Shown: positions 51,481 to 64,000 of the stretch, piece after piece
Numbering within the stretch: the first letter of the stretch is position 1
How the letters are laid out: each line of letters begins with the position of its first letter
Assembly: GCF_001194135.2 (NCBI RefSeq)
Contig: NC_068994.1
Location: 8,173,018 to 8,237,017, forward strand
DNA length: 64,000 nucleotides
Source: Octopus bimaculoides
Lineage: Eukaryota
Direction of reading: 5' to 3'
The notes under the pieces: model-generated
Databases searched by the model: none
Told to the model about the DNA's origin: nothing
The model's input: only the letters and a program-made list of their open reading frames with translations
Program-made: the position numbers and the translations under genes

Positions 51481-52261
51481 ACTATTAATTCTACTGTTGT
51501 TACTACTCCTCCTAGTAGTGGTAGTAATAGAGAAAATTCGTTGAGGATATGCTTTGATGATGTTGTTTATTTTATTTCTTCTTCTTTACCGTTTTATTTA
51601 TAGCAAACACCGTCTGCTAGATCTGGAAGACGTACAAATAACACACGTTTAACATTCCTTCTCCAGAATCGTCTAAAAGACCCGTGTGTCAGGCGTATGG
51701 TTTTGCTTTCATTTTGTTTTTTTTTATTCTTTTTATTTTTCCTTAATTTCTTCTTTCTTGTTTTTGTTATGGTTTTTTTTTCCTTTCCTATTTTCTTCTT
51801 ACGCGTGTGCACAATAATCTAGCCCACACGCAAACACACATTGCTAAAAAACATCGCCACCAACATCACCAGACAACCACTACCTCCGCTGCTGTTGTTG
51901 TCGTTATTACCACAACCCGTTAAAAAAATATATATCGGTTATTGTCTATCTATCTATCTTTCTATCTATCGATAATATATGCAATGTGTGAATTAATTAC
52001 ACGGTTGCTGCAATCGTTAGAGCGTAGAACAACATTTTTAGCAGTATGTCTTCCGGCTTACTACATTCCGAGTTCGAATCCCATCGAAATCAACTTTGTT
52101 TTTTATCTCTGTTGGGTAGATAAAATAAAGTAGCAGATAACTTATGGGGATCCCAACAGGATCGACGACGAACATTCAGTTGCTGGATCACCTGATATTA
52201 CCTACTCCGCAATTAATGTCTAAATGGCTTAATATTCCAGATACGTGAGTGTGTGTGTGTG

Positions 52262-52296
<35 letters not shown>

Positions 52297-52299
52297 TAT

Positions 52300-52510
52300 C
52301 TTTTACTCGTGTCAGTCATTAGATTGTGGCCATTCTGAGACTACCTTACGGGGATTAGTCGAATAAATCGGCTCCAGTATTTATGCTTTTATTTTATCTA
52401 AGTCAGGTACTTATTTTATCGGTATCTTGTTGTCGAACCGTCAACTTACAGAGACGTGAACAAACCAACATCGGTTGCCAAGCGTTCGTGGGGGACAAAC
52501 AGAAAGGCAC
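52300..52510 (-). mobile_element. SINE family A, diverged tail
   Basis: TTTTACTCGTGTCAGTCATT..GTGGCCAT..CCAACATCGGTTGCCAAGCG..GGGGACAAAC. Confidence 0.65.
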
Positions 52511-53401
52511 ACACACACACATACACACATTTATGCGTGCACACACGTTCCTGTGTTTGTGCGTGTGTAGAGTTATATATATGTGTGTCTCCAATATCTG
52601 AAACAGGTAAAAGATACGAGAAAATGCCTGGTCACAAAATATTGACTTTACTGTAATAATTTTGGGTGGTTGGTTGGTTGGTTGATAAACTCCCGGTACT
52701 CGACGCTTGTGATGCAGTTTCGATTCTAAGTTACAGTCATATCATTTAACTCGTGACTGGTACCATACTCTTATTGGATCAGTAAAACACCCCATCCTTA
52801 GGTCTTCTGCATGTTGCACATTTCCTTTTAATCGGACAAATGCGAAACCGAAAATCCAGTCTTCGCCACAAAGCGACAAATTTTCATAAGATACCATGGA
52901 TACATTTTATGCAAATGTATGTATTTGGTATGAAGCCAAACACTTAAGTACCACATCTATGGACTGTTTTCCCATTTGCTCTGTATTCTTTTTATCTAGT
53001 CCTATTTCCAGGTGGTAAAAATAACAAAGATTCTGAGACTGTATCTATTTTTATATTAACCGCCATTCTCTCAGTACACACACACACACTACATATATAT
53101 TATATCTACACACGCATAAGCATATAGACACACTCAACAAGCACACAGCGATGAATGATACAGCCGGAATAGATAGCTTATAACTAGTTGGGTTTATCAG
53201 TGTTCCAAATGAAAATCATTATGTGGTCCACTTTGAATCTCATTCCTCCGGAATTGGGCCAGTTAAATGCGTATCAGTAAGACAGTAGATAGGAATCAAT
53301 CGCCTACTACGTTTCTACAAGGTGAAAGAAATCTCAGTATGCCTATGTTTACTTTAAGTGTGTGTGGCGTGTCTCAATTGTAGGCTGGGCAACGGATTTT
53401 C

Positions 53402-53437
<36 letters not shown>

Positions 53438-53496
53438 TAGTTTTGACTTTAAGAGTCCCTCCTAGCGTGAGGTATTTATGCATAGTAATGCCCTTA

Positions 53497-53530
<34 letters not shown>

Positions 53531-53856
53531 GATGCATGTTTTATCATTTGTTTCCTAAGTTTTCCTGCTCTGGTTATTTGCATCTTCTGCAGTGGATGTT
53601 CCGAATGCAATTAGATGCTAAACCATATCATTTCATCCGCAAAATACCTTACTGCATTATCTTATATAAATCGCTGTGATTTTTCTGTTTAGTACTACTT
53701 ATCAATTCTCTGTGACCCTTATAACCAACAAACGTGACACGTAGAATTATCTATTTAACATTACACGATATTTTCTAGAGATACATGGTTTCAAATGAAA
53801 ATAGAACTATATGCTGGTCATATGCTGGGTGCGGTGATAGGTACGTTATAGATATA

Positions 53857-54075
53857 TACGAGGTTTGGATGAAAAGTTCCTGGCTTTGGATAAAAGAAAA
53901 TACAGAAGGATCAGCTAATTCTGATTCTATTTAACGTATTCCCCTCTCAGATTCACACACTTATTGCACCAGTCCTCAATTTTTCTAAGCCATGTAAAAG
54001 AAATTGGATGGTTGGCCCTTCCGCTAGACCTTTCGCGATACCCTTAAAGCCAGGAGCTTTTCAACACCCCTCGTA
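53857..54075. mobile_element. Mariner-type MITE, second copy
   Basis: Same TIRs, TA flanks and internal sequence as 23704-23927. Confidence 0.85.
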
Positions 54076-54554
54076 TATTAGCATCAGTGCCTGGAATTAA
54101 ACGGATTTCAAAAAATTCTCAAAAAATGTAAAACGAAAAAAAGGCATGAGCTTCTCCTTTGAAAAGCCTACCCTATGCGTAATTTCAATTATGCAAAATG
54201 TGACGCAAATATGGAGCAAAATTTGGCTTATAATTTAGAACATATACAAAATATTATCTTAAAGATATATATATATGTACATAAAAAAATTATATATCCT
54301 AATAAGCCCAGGCATGTATATATATATATATNNNNNNNNNNNNNNNNNNNNNNNNNNNNNNNNNNNNNNNNNNNNNNNNNNNNNNNNNNNNNNNNNNNNN
54401 NNNNNNNNNNNNNNNNNNNNNNNNNNNNNNNNNNNNNNNNNNNNNNNNNNNNNNNNNNNNNNNNNNNNNNNNNNNNNNNNNNNNNNTATATAACATGACT
54501 ATAACGTTATTTTGGAGCATTTTGTATGAGGTTGTTGTTATCTTATAATTTAAT

Positions 54555-54688
54555 TCTTTATTGCTCACAAGGGGCTAAACATAGAGGGGATAAACAAGGA
54601 CAGACAAAGGGATTAAGTCGATCACATCGACCCTCAGTGCGTAACTGGTACTTATTTAATCGACCTCGAAAAGATGAAAGGCAAAGCA
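54555..54688 (-). mobile_element. SINE family B, 3' fragment
   Basis: CACAAGGGGCTAAACATAGAGGGG..AAGTCGATCACATCGACCC..GATGAAAGGCAAAG. Confidence 0.8.
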
Positions 54689-55419
54689 AAACAATAAACC
54701 CTCAAATATTCACAAACTTGAAAGCAACAGGAGTAACATTATCACGTGACTAATGGTCGGTTCGTAGTTGGCTCGTCTATCTATAAATAGATACGCCAGA
54801 GAGGCATTATTAAGTCTGGAAGTGAAAGAGGGGTAAGAGAGAGAGAGAGAGAGAGAGAAACATAGATGGCAGAACTGGACTGAGACTTCAGTTAAGTGTA
54901 AACGCTATGGTTGCGACTTTTACACTGGACATACAAATACCACAGCTTTTCGCTGGCTGACCACGGCTCAAGAAGACGATATCCCAGCGCGTTATGAAAC
55001 GCAACACAGAACAATGGGTGGGTGTGCGTTAAACGTGGCTATTGAGGTTACTAGTTGCCTAACTAGTTACCCCGGTATCTCCATCACGGGTATTGTCGGT
55101 TCGTAGTAGTCTCGTCTATTTATAAATAGATGCGCCAGAGAAGCATAAGTGTGAAAATGTCAGCTAAACACATTTTTTTTTTATCCCCGGACTTTCAATA
55201 GTACTGCCCTTCCTAGTTGGTTGTTATTATTCAAGAGTTGATTATAAGCACAGCGTAGTAATGTTTACCAACTGAGATGCCTGAGTAAAAGCATTGGGGG
55301 GTGTAGGTGGCGCTTCCATTCATAAAGATCAAGCTGAATACTTTGCCTTTACAAACACACGTAAAAGAGCATCCAGGGACACAGGTGTAAGCAATGATGC
55401 ATACACATACATTATACAT

Positions 55420-55906
55420 GCATAGACACACACATACACATACATATATATATGCAGACGTACATAAAGAATATACATAGTGTACATACATATATATCTG
55501 CATATGCATGTATGTACATATATATATATGTTTATGCATACATACATATATACACATATATGCATATATATATATATATACACATATATACGTATATATA
55601 TACACATATACATACGCATATATACATATACACGCATATATATATATATATACACGCATATATATACACACATATACATACACACATATACATACACACA
55701 AACACACATATATATATACATACACACAAACACACATATATATACATACCCACAAACACATATATATATATACATACCCACAAACACATATATATATACA
55801 TACACACACGCATATATATATATATATACATACATNNNNNNNNNNNNNNNNNNNNNNNNNNNNNNNNNNNNNNNNNNNNNNNNNNNNNNNNNNNNNNNNN
55901 NNNNNN

Positions 55907-55955
<49 letters not shown>
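55420..55955. repeat. Compound (TA/CA) microsatellite field
   Basis: Over 500 bp of degenerate ATAC/ATAT repeats including a gap. Confidence 0.95.
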
Positions 55956-55956
<1 letters not shown>

Positions 55957-56293
55957 TTACAAAGACGTTTTAAGGTCATCTGCTAAGGCAAGGATTAGTA
56001 TTGTAGGCTCAACCTAGAACACACACACACACACACAGCATACACACACACAGCATACACACACACAGCATACACACACACACACACACATTGCTAATTT
56101 TATTTCAACTGCTTGAAACGTTTAAGGCATACAAAGCAGTCTACTGTAGAATGTGTGGGGAGAAGGGTTGACCATGTCTGTGTGTCTGTGTGTACGTTGA
56201 CATCAATAAAAAAGAAACCATGTTGTTCACGTCTTCACATCCAACACATGCATGTACCTACACAAATACATACGCACATAAATACATCCATAT

Positions 56294-56337
<44 letters not shown>

Positions 56338-56819
56338 GTACACAGTAATAAATAAATGTATGAGAGAGAGAGAGAGAGAGAGAGAGGAATTATAGAGGAA
56401 GATGAGAGAGACAAAGTGGAAGAAAGGTGGACGAATATTGCGTTGGCTCCTAAGAGAGGTAAGAACTACTCCGCTAGGGTTTCTGCCAGTCTCCACAGCG
56501 AGCATTCAATCATTCTGCAAACCAAAGTCCTAGTCGTGAAATTAACGTGTGAGTGTCTGAGTATTCCGCAGGCATGTGTACCCTTAACTTAATTCTTAAA
56601 CCAAATAAGCTTGATAATGAATCTATTCTAGATCTTCGAATAATAAGTAAAACTTAAAGAGGGGGAGAGAGTGAGGCAGAGGGAGTAAGAGAGAGAGTGA
56701 AAGTGAGAGAGAGAAAGAAAGAGGGAGAGAGAGGGGAGTAAGATAGAAAGTAAGACAGAGAGAGAGAAAGTAAGAAAGTAAGAGAAAAAGTGAGAAGGGT
56801 GAGTAAGACAGAAAGTAAG

Positions 56820-56920
56820 AGAGAGAGATAAAGTGTGTGTGTGTGTGTGAGAGAGAAATAAAGTGTGTGTGTGTGTGTGTGTGAGAAATAAAGTGTGTGT
56901 GTGTGTGTGTGAGAAATAAA

Positions 56921-56940
<20 letters not shown>
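56820..56940 (+). repeat. Higher-order repeat of GAGA(A/G)ATAAA(GT)n units
   Basis: Four ATAAAGTGTGT... units. Confidence 0.85.
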
Positions 56941-56974
<34 letters not shown>

Positions 56975-59383
56975 AACAAATGGCAGTACTGGATTGATAC
57001 TTCAGTTATCGATCCTGAAAGGCGAAAGTTGAGCTCGGTAGGAATTAAATCCAAAGCCCAGAGAACTGGGACAGTTGTCTTAAGACATCCTATCCGACAT
57101 TCTCGTGATTTTCTTTCCAATACGCCGCCATCTTGCTATCATAGGAAGCCGACTTTGGCGAATGTATACATATAAGAAAATTTCAAATCACCATCCCAAT
57201 GATAATTGGAAACTTGGCAACGGCTCAAAGTTGGAGATTCTATATTCGACCATTATTGATGGAAATTTTCTAAGGAAGAAACATCTTTTATAACGAAGCT
57301 CCAGCTTGGAGCCGATTCAGTGAGACGCCATTTTACACGCTGGACCTTACCAAAATCAAAGGAGAATTATGAAAAGAAAAACAATCTTCTTTAAATTTCT
57401 CTAACTTGGACAACTCTACGAGCACATCCAGGAATTCCCTATTGCTTGTGGGGTACAAAAAAATGACGCAGGTCTTACGCCGGACTGTTTTGTTGTAAGG
57501 GAAATGATCCGGCTGAAGTGTATATTTTTCAACAAAGAGAAGCTAGTTCGCGAGGTTTGTAGTTGAAGAAATCGCAAAATTCGTGACTCGCGAATTTCAG
57601 CCAGTTGAATATTATACAGATTGAATGCCCATCTGGTTCAAACATAAAAATAACCAAAGCATTTTAATGCTTACAATGTTATGGGTTACTATTCCTGTTA
57701 CTCAATATTACTCTAAACGCTTCTATCGAAAACATATCTAACAGCCATATTGCGATTGTCTGGTAAATCGTGCATCAAATGTATCATTTGACAGTATCCA
57801 GAAAACAACATGGGGCTCACCGTTAACAACTTCAATGAATGTTACGATCAACATCTGTACGCTTTTAGGTCTGACCTTACTAATGACCGATTAGGAGCGG
57901 CTTTACCAATGGCTTTCGGGGGTTACATCTACATTCATGAAATACAATTGAAATATCAAATACGTATTTTCGTATATGTGAACTATTAAGTAATGCACTG
58001 GGAATAATTCAACTGCTTACTGATAAAAATAAACTCTACCCTATGTACTGAGTGTTCTTTTCTTACGTATGAATGTGAGCATGTTTATGTATGCGTGCGT
58101 ATATGCAAGAGTGTGCATTATGAGTGAGTGTGTGTGTGTGAGAATTATTAGATTTTCGTATTCGTCTCAGTTACCGGGCTCATGGGTGTTTCGTCGCTTA
58201 CATCACTGCAGTTCATAAACCACTTATTCAATCGATTAACTCGAGTGAGTTATATCTCCGTTTAGGATACCATTTCCTCTGGGGATGTGCTTACCACAAG
58301 AAATTTGCACCGAGTCACACCGGTATACAACAGATACAGGCTGATGCATAAATACGAAGGACTCGAACGGCGTTTCCGTCCACCGAATCACCGAATTTCA
58401 CTCGCCGTTTTCAGACACCGGGGACATAAACACTTCTTTAGCTACTTGAGACTGTATTGAGACCACGTCCTTCACGAACGCTACCCTCGTCCGCGACAGT
58501 CGTTCGCAGTCGAGGAACGCGGATGCCGTAGCAATAGTCGTCGTTTGCTGTTGAAGTGTGAGATACATGTTCGGAGTTCCAGTTCAATTTCACATGTGGT
58601 CCTCGGTCTCATGCATACACACTTTGGGAATAATGTGATGCGCAGCAGCTCACCTTGCCGTCGATTGTTGACCATCGCGGAGTATTAGCTGACCAAGTCA
58701 CCGCCGGTTATCGGAGCAGACGTAGCCGGGTTCTAGAGACAATCATTAACAAAAGCTAAGGGGCGTCTTACTCCCAGTGGTCTTCCAGTACGTCGGATAC
58801 CAACTAAGAATTTCTGACGGCCCGTGTTTAACATTAACACGCGCACGCATTCAAGCACAAACACACGTATATTCAAGCTTTATATTACATTTTACGCAGT
58901 TGTAAAGCTACGTATGTAGCTCCATAATGTCCAAGGTTTCGTACTTTGCATTTATCAAACAAATTACCAAAATTAGTTTGACATTGGGTCATTTCTGTAG
59001 ATATACAGCAACATAAATGGATGTATTTCTCATTTTGTTTTCACTTCCTATTTGCACGACGCTATCTATCTTAATCTATCAATCAATCTATCTATTTATC
59101 TCAATCTATCTATCTATCTCAATCGATCTAACTATCTCAGTCTATCCTAATCTATCTATCTATCTATCTACACACACGCACAAACGCGCGCACACGGCGG
59201 GGTTTCGTAACGTTTCTGCCTATTAAATCCTATTCATAACTATTCTTCAATCTTAAATTTTAGTAACTAAGATACACTTGTCCAGAAAGGTTCGCTTTGG
59301 TTTTGAATCCGGAACCGCATGGTTACAAAGCATATGTTTAACCACAAACCAAACACACATCTATACTGGCATATGTGTGTATG

Positions 59384-59439
<56 letters not shown>

Positions 59440-60019
59440 CGTGCGTGTATGTATTTGTACGCTTATAATATAATGTTCTAATGCTTCTAATGTTATATTA
59501 CATATACATATAATGTTATCTAAAAGTAGTTGCAATAAGTAAAATATCATGTTATGTGTAGGCGGACGTGGAATTCTTAAGAACATGATCCGAAGTGTGC
59601 AGATCTTGTTGACTTTTTATAGAGAAATAATTATCCGCAAGATGTGACAGCGAGAAGGTACCCACGGGAATAACATGTACGTGGCTCTTTTATGAACGAA
59701 TACTATGGGAGGAAGGACAGAAAGCGAGAGAAAGACAGATAGATAGATAGATAAATAGAGAGAGAGAGAGAGAGAGAGAAAGAGAGTGAATGTGTATGAA
59801 CAAGACATAGTGAGGGAGAGAGGAAGAGTGAGAGAGAGACAGGCAGAGAGACGAAAAGGAGGCGAAGGTGAGAGAGGAAGAGAGTCTGTACATACGTAAA
59901 ATCCTTTTGCTTGAAATACACGCACCGAAATACTAAAACCATTCATCCGTCGATGTACTTCGTTTATGTTTAGTCAAAGTTAACTGTAATAGTAAGAAAA
60001 AAAACAAACCACCGATACT

Positions 60020-60452
60020 TCTTTCTACTATAGGCACAAGGCTTGAAATTTGGCAGTGCTTAACTGGTATTTGTTTTATTGACTCCCGAAAAAAAAAAAA
60101 AAACAAGACAAAGTCGACGTCGGTGGAGATTGACCTTAGAACGATGTCGCGAAATATTTTGTGCGATTCATTAACGATTCTGTCAGCTCTCTGCCCTACC
60201 ACCACCACTACTACTACTGCAACTTCTACTACTACTACTAATAATAATATTACTTTCCACTAAAGGCACAAGGTCTGAAATTTTAGGGGAGAGAGATAGT
60301 CGATTACATCAACCCCAGTGATTCAGTGGTACTTAATTTATTGAGCTCGAAAAGATGAAAAGCAAAGTCGACCTCGGCGGAATTTGAACTCAGAACAAAG
60401 ACGGATGAAATGTCGCAAAGCATTCTTCCCGGCGCGCTAACGAGCCTGCTAA
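60020..60452 (-). mobile_element. Two tandem family B SINEs
   Basis: Copies at about 60020-60200 and 60252-60452, with (CTA/ATA)n between them. Confidence 0.8.
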
Positions 60453-60453
60453 T

Positions 60454-60488
<35 letters not shown>

Positions 60489-61529
60489 TATAATAATAAT
60501 TATTATTATTATTATTATTATTATTATAATGATAATATGTATGCATCTACGATTGTGTGTGTGTGTGTTTGTGTGTGCATATAAACATGTAGGACGTTTG
60601 TTTTAATGGTCATTACTGCCGAACGAACGGTCATTGGTAAATACAGTTCCATCTTTGTAGGCGATTCCTTTCACAATTTTCCTTCTTTATGCTGTCCTCT
60701 GGGATGTACTTAAATCTTATACCACACACACACACACACACATACATACACATATTTTTGAGTGTGTGCATTTACGTCATACGTAATATGACGTAATGAA
60801 AATGTCTGAAAAGTTCTGATCTATATTGTAATTATTTTGTCATACGACTAACTGATGCATAGTACAGTTAGCTTATACATTTGTCACTATTTTGCAATCA
60901 TCCTTCATTATTTAATGCAACAATGCAACCAGCTAATTACAGAATGTAATCTGTAGCGTTATAAAAGACGCCTACCAAATCTATAAAACTTTCTGTTTAT
61001 GAAGACAGAAGACATTTCAAAGACACGAATAACGCTAAAAGAATTGTCTCAAAATATTACTGGTACTCGCTTAAGAGGGCTGGAAGAAACGGAAAAGGAA
61101 ATTTCTCTCGGTCGGAATTTGAGCTCAACAACATGAAATAAATGGTATTTATTTCCTGTTCCATTCTACTCGTGTTTTCTCTACTGTGCCAACTGCTCTT
61201 GTCAAGATAATTGAAGTGTTAGCTGTCACGTGTTTTGTAAATTAGCCCTGGACAACTAGATGTTAGTGGATCGGAAATTCTTATTCTCCAGTGTATTTTT
61301 GTTGAAATTAAAGTTACTTTCGTTTAATGTGAATGAAAGTCCAGAAACGAAAAGGAAATGAGAATGAAAAGCAAAGACGTGCGTGTGTGTGTGCGTGTGC
61401 GTGTGTGTGTGTGTGTGTGTCTGGTAATTAGTGTGAGACCAGACTGGACAAAGAAACTGTCCAGTAGACTGTGAACAACAACGGATATTTTAGAAGTCCC
61501 TTTTCTTTGAATAAGGAGGAAAGAGACAG

Positions 61530-61746
61530 TATTGTTACATTGATCTCAAATTTTGGCCGGGGACCAGTAATTCCTGGATATAGGGGAAAGTTAATTACAT
61601 CGAACCCAGTGCCCAACTGGTACTTATTTTATCGGTCCCCGATAGAATCGACCTTGGCGGAATTTGAACTCAGAACGTAAAGACGAACAAAACGTCGCTA
61701 AGCATTTTGCTCAGATCGCTAACGATTCTGCTAGCTCGTCGCCTTT
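61530..61746 (-). mobile_element. SINE family B
   Basis: TACATCGAACCC..ACCTTGGCGGAATTTGAACTCAGAACGTAAAGAC..GCTAACGATTCTGCTAGCTCG. Confidence 0.8.
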
Positions 61747-61960
61747 TAACAGTATTATTCTATTGATGTTTATATGTTATTTTGTTTGTAACGTCTGTCA
61801 AAATAAATACGCCTTTAGTAAGTAGTTCAAGATTAAAACAAAATAAAGAGTGCCTTCAAACGCATTAGCAATTTGAATTCATCGGTGATAACATCTCGTT
61901 TCCAATTCAGAAGAAAGCTACTGAACATCCCATTTGTTCTCTAGAACATGTGCAATACAC

Positions 61961-62157
61961 ATGAAGGGGGCGCTGAAAAGTTCCTGGATTTAAGGGTAAT
62001 CGCGAAAGACCTAGTTGGAGACCAAATCTTCCGAGCTCTTTCACAGGTCTTTGAAAAACTGACGGACAGCTGTAATAAAGGGAATAAATCTGAGAGGGGA
62101 ATGTGTTGAATAAAATCATAAGTAACTGATCCTCCTGTATTTTCTTTTACCCAAAGC
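61961..62157. mobile_element. Mariner-type MITE, third copy, inverted and truncated
   Basis: GAAAAGTTCCTGG end present; internal sequence is the reverse complement of 23704-23927; second TIR missing. Confidence 0.75.
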
Positions 62158-62160
62158 ACG

Positions 62161-62192
<32 letters not shown>

Positions 62193-64000
62193 TGTGTGTG
62201 TAGCGTCCTTGTTAATAAACTATCGCTCAAAAATTTTCCAAGATTTTCTTCCCGCTCCTTTTCCCAGTCGGTGCCTGTGCCCCATATGACTTCCACACAA
62301 CATTCAGGTTAACCGTGATATTGCAAGTGTTTGTCCCCTGGTAATTAAAAGTTTAACTGGCTGTCCGCTGACGCAAATTCTTCTTAAAGCGACACTTTAG
62401 CAAAACTTGATGCAATTTGAGTACACACAAAAATGTTTAATAAGTGAAAATATCAAATTTGTCGGTTATCAATTCATCACTTTCAATTTGGTCATGAAAT
62501 AACTCAAATTATCAAAAAAATATCATTGATTAAATTATTTTTGTTATTTTTGTTTCTTTTTTAATTTTGTAGAGTGAAATTTGTAAATGTATATCGAAGT
62601 GATTCCAAAGCTCCAAATAATTAAATAAATTTCCCTTTGAAATTCATTTAAAAGAAGCGTATAGGTTTCATTTTTCTAATAGAAAAATATATACTTAATC
62701 AGTTTTCATGCTGAAGTTGAAATTTGGTACAAAATAAAATTGCTATTTAGCAATTTTCTATTAGTCACATTCCCAGTTATATATGTATCAATGTTATACT
62801 GTGTTATTTCTCTCGGCTCATTTTTTTTATTTTTTAATTATGCAAATTATCCTTGGTTATAATTGTTCTCTACTCTTTTTGCCAATGTGTCTAAATATTA
62901 TGTCTGGCAGGAGTCAAGATGGAAAAACTACTGTTCTGAGAATGCCTGTTTTTAAAAAAAATTTTTTTTTTTATAAGTACATACTCACAGATCTCCTCTT
63001 GTGTCCAGAAAACACGCGGGCGCACACACACATAGACACACACATGTGTGACAGTGTATCTATGTATGCTCTTCTGAATGCGAGTAGCAGATTCATGCAA
63101 GCAAATACTACCTAAAGGAATCGTTCATGTGCGCAGACGTATTTAAATCGGGTAACACTTATTTTAAACTTAAATCAGGGTAGTTTGCAGAAACATTTAT
63201 AGACTAAATACTAAACTCTTTTAACCCTGGGTTGAAAGGAAACCTGTTTTGTTCCTGAAAACGACAAGAAATTTTCCTAGCATATTCATAGTTATTATGG
63301 ATAAATTGATGTACGGATAACGTTTTGTTCCATATATCACTTGAAGATATTCTTCAGAAACATAATATTTTATTACGAATATAAACATTGTTTTATTTTT
63401 TTTTTTGTGCAATTCCAGGTTATCGATGATCGATTATATATATAGTGGGTGCTTTATACCTATAATAAATTTCCCATCAAAATTTGAGCGTTACAATTTG
63501 CATTTATGACGTGTGTTGTATATTAATTTTTACTTCGTGTTATGATGTTAGTATTACTTCCGTAACATATTTTGCTAAGTTGACTGGCTAGCAGGAGTGA
63601 CAGAGACTAACATTTTGAACACGTGTCCTCTTTTGCCGAGAAAGCGAGAGAACGAGAAAGAGAGTCTACATTAGGTAGCAAAATTGTGAATGAGAAAAAT
63701 AAGTTAAAGAAGTAACAGGAACGGAGTGAGGCGAAGAGAGAATGGTAAAAGCCAATGAGAGATGGTTTGTGAGTGGTGTGTGTGATGGAAGAAGAAACGT
63801 TGGGATATTCAAAGTTTGTATAACAGGAACCAGGTCAGGCGAAACGGTAAAGAGGTGATAAGAACCAGGTCACGTGAGGTGGGAGACAATGAGAATGCAA
63901 GGCAAAGGCTAGAGATAGGCTAAAGGACACACAGACAACAAACACAAACGCATACACAGCAAACAGGCTGAAAGACAGGATGCTGTGGGTAAGGGCATGA

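Larger units (their letters stand above)
1015..55906. other. Span containing about 17 scaffold gaps (N runs)
   Basis: Approximate runs: 1015-1870, 3108-3195, 7312-8050, 16505-16604, 20205-20321, 24686-25293, 26641-27217, 29461-29607, 31387-32143, 35245-35254, 37458-37534, 38754-39308, 41600-41776, 45811-46750, 47852-48341, 54332-54486, 55836-55906. Most abut microsatellites. Confidence 0.98.

Noticed and set aside
928-56017. Long ORF-track entries rich in X, YIYI, HTHT, CVCV or LSLS
   Set aside because: They are read-through of N gaps and dinucleotide microsatellites, not genes.
57290-57320. GCTCCA-GCT-TGGAGC hairpin after TAACGAA
   Set aside because: Both core boxes are too degenerate.
1-64000. 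CRISPR arrays, rRNA, genuine tRNA genes, prokaryotic operons
   Set aside because: None seen. The sequence is eukaryotic, recurring blocks are SINE copies, and tRNA-like boxes belong to SINE heads.

Overview
AT-rich, microsatellite-dense eukaryotic genomic DNA with about 17 N-gaps. It is probably from an octopus or other coleoid cephalopod, inferred from SINE families I recognise from memory, not from a search. The only well-supported gene is a minus-strand MMP21-type matrix metalloproteinase. Four spliced exons (13175-12879, 12407-12153, 10814-10639, 6836-6504) join in frame to give about 352 aa: the C-terminal part of the catalytic domain (HEIGHVLGLNH) and the hemopexin domain. I could not find the signal, pro-domain or first catalytic exons in the 51 kb upstream. 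The rest is tRNA-type SINEs of two families, mariner-type MITEs, a Tigger/pogo fragment and simple repeats. The most notable signal is not in the ORF track: five complete type I hammerhead ribozyme motifs from five unrelated short sequence families (16382-16430, 31253-31338, 45139-45183, 45702-45757, 47246-47280), plus a half copy with an inverted tail (15485-15638). Most sit next to (TA)n tracts, all have self-complementary helix III, and they resemble Penelope-like retroelement remnants. Two carry a CCGANGA core instead of CUGANGA.
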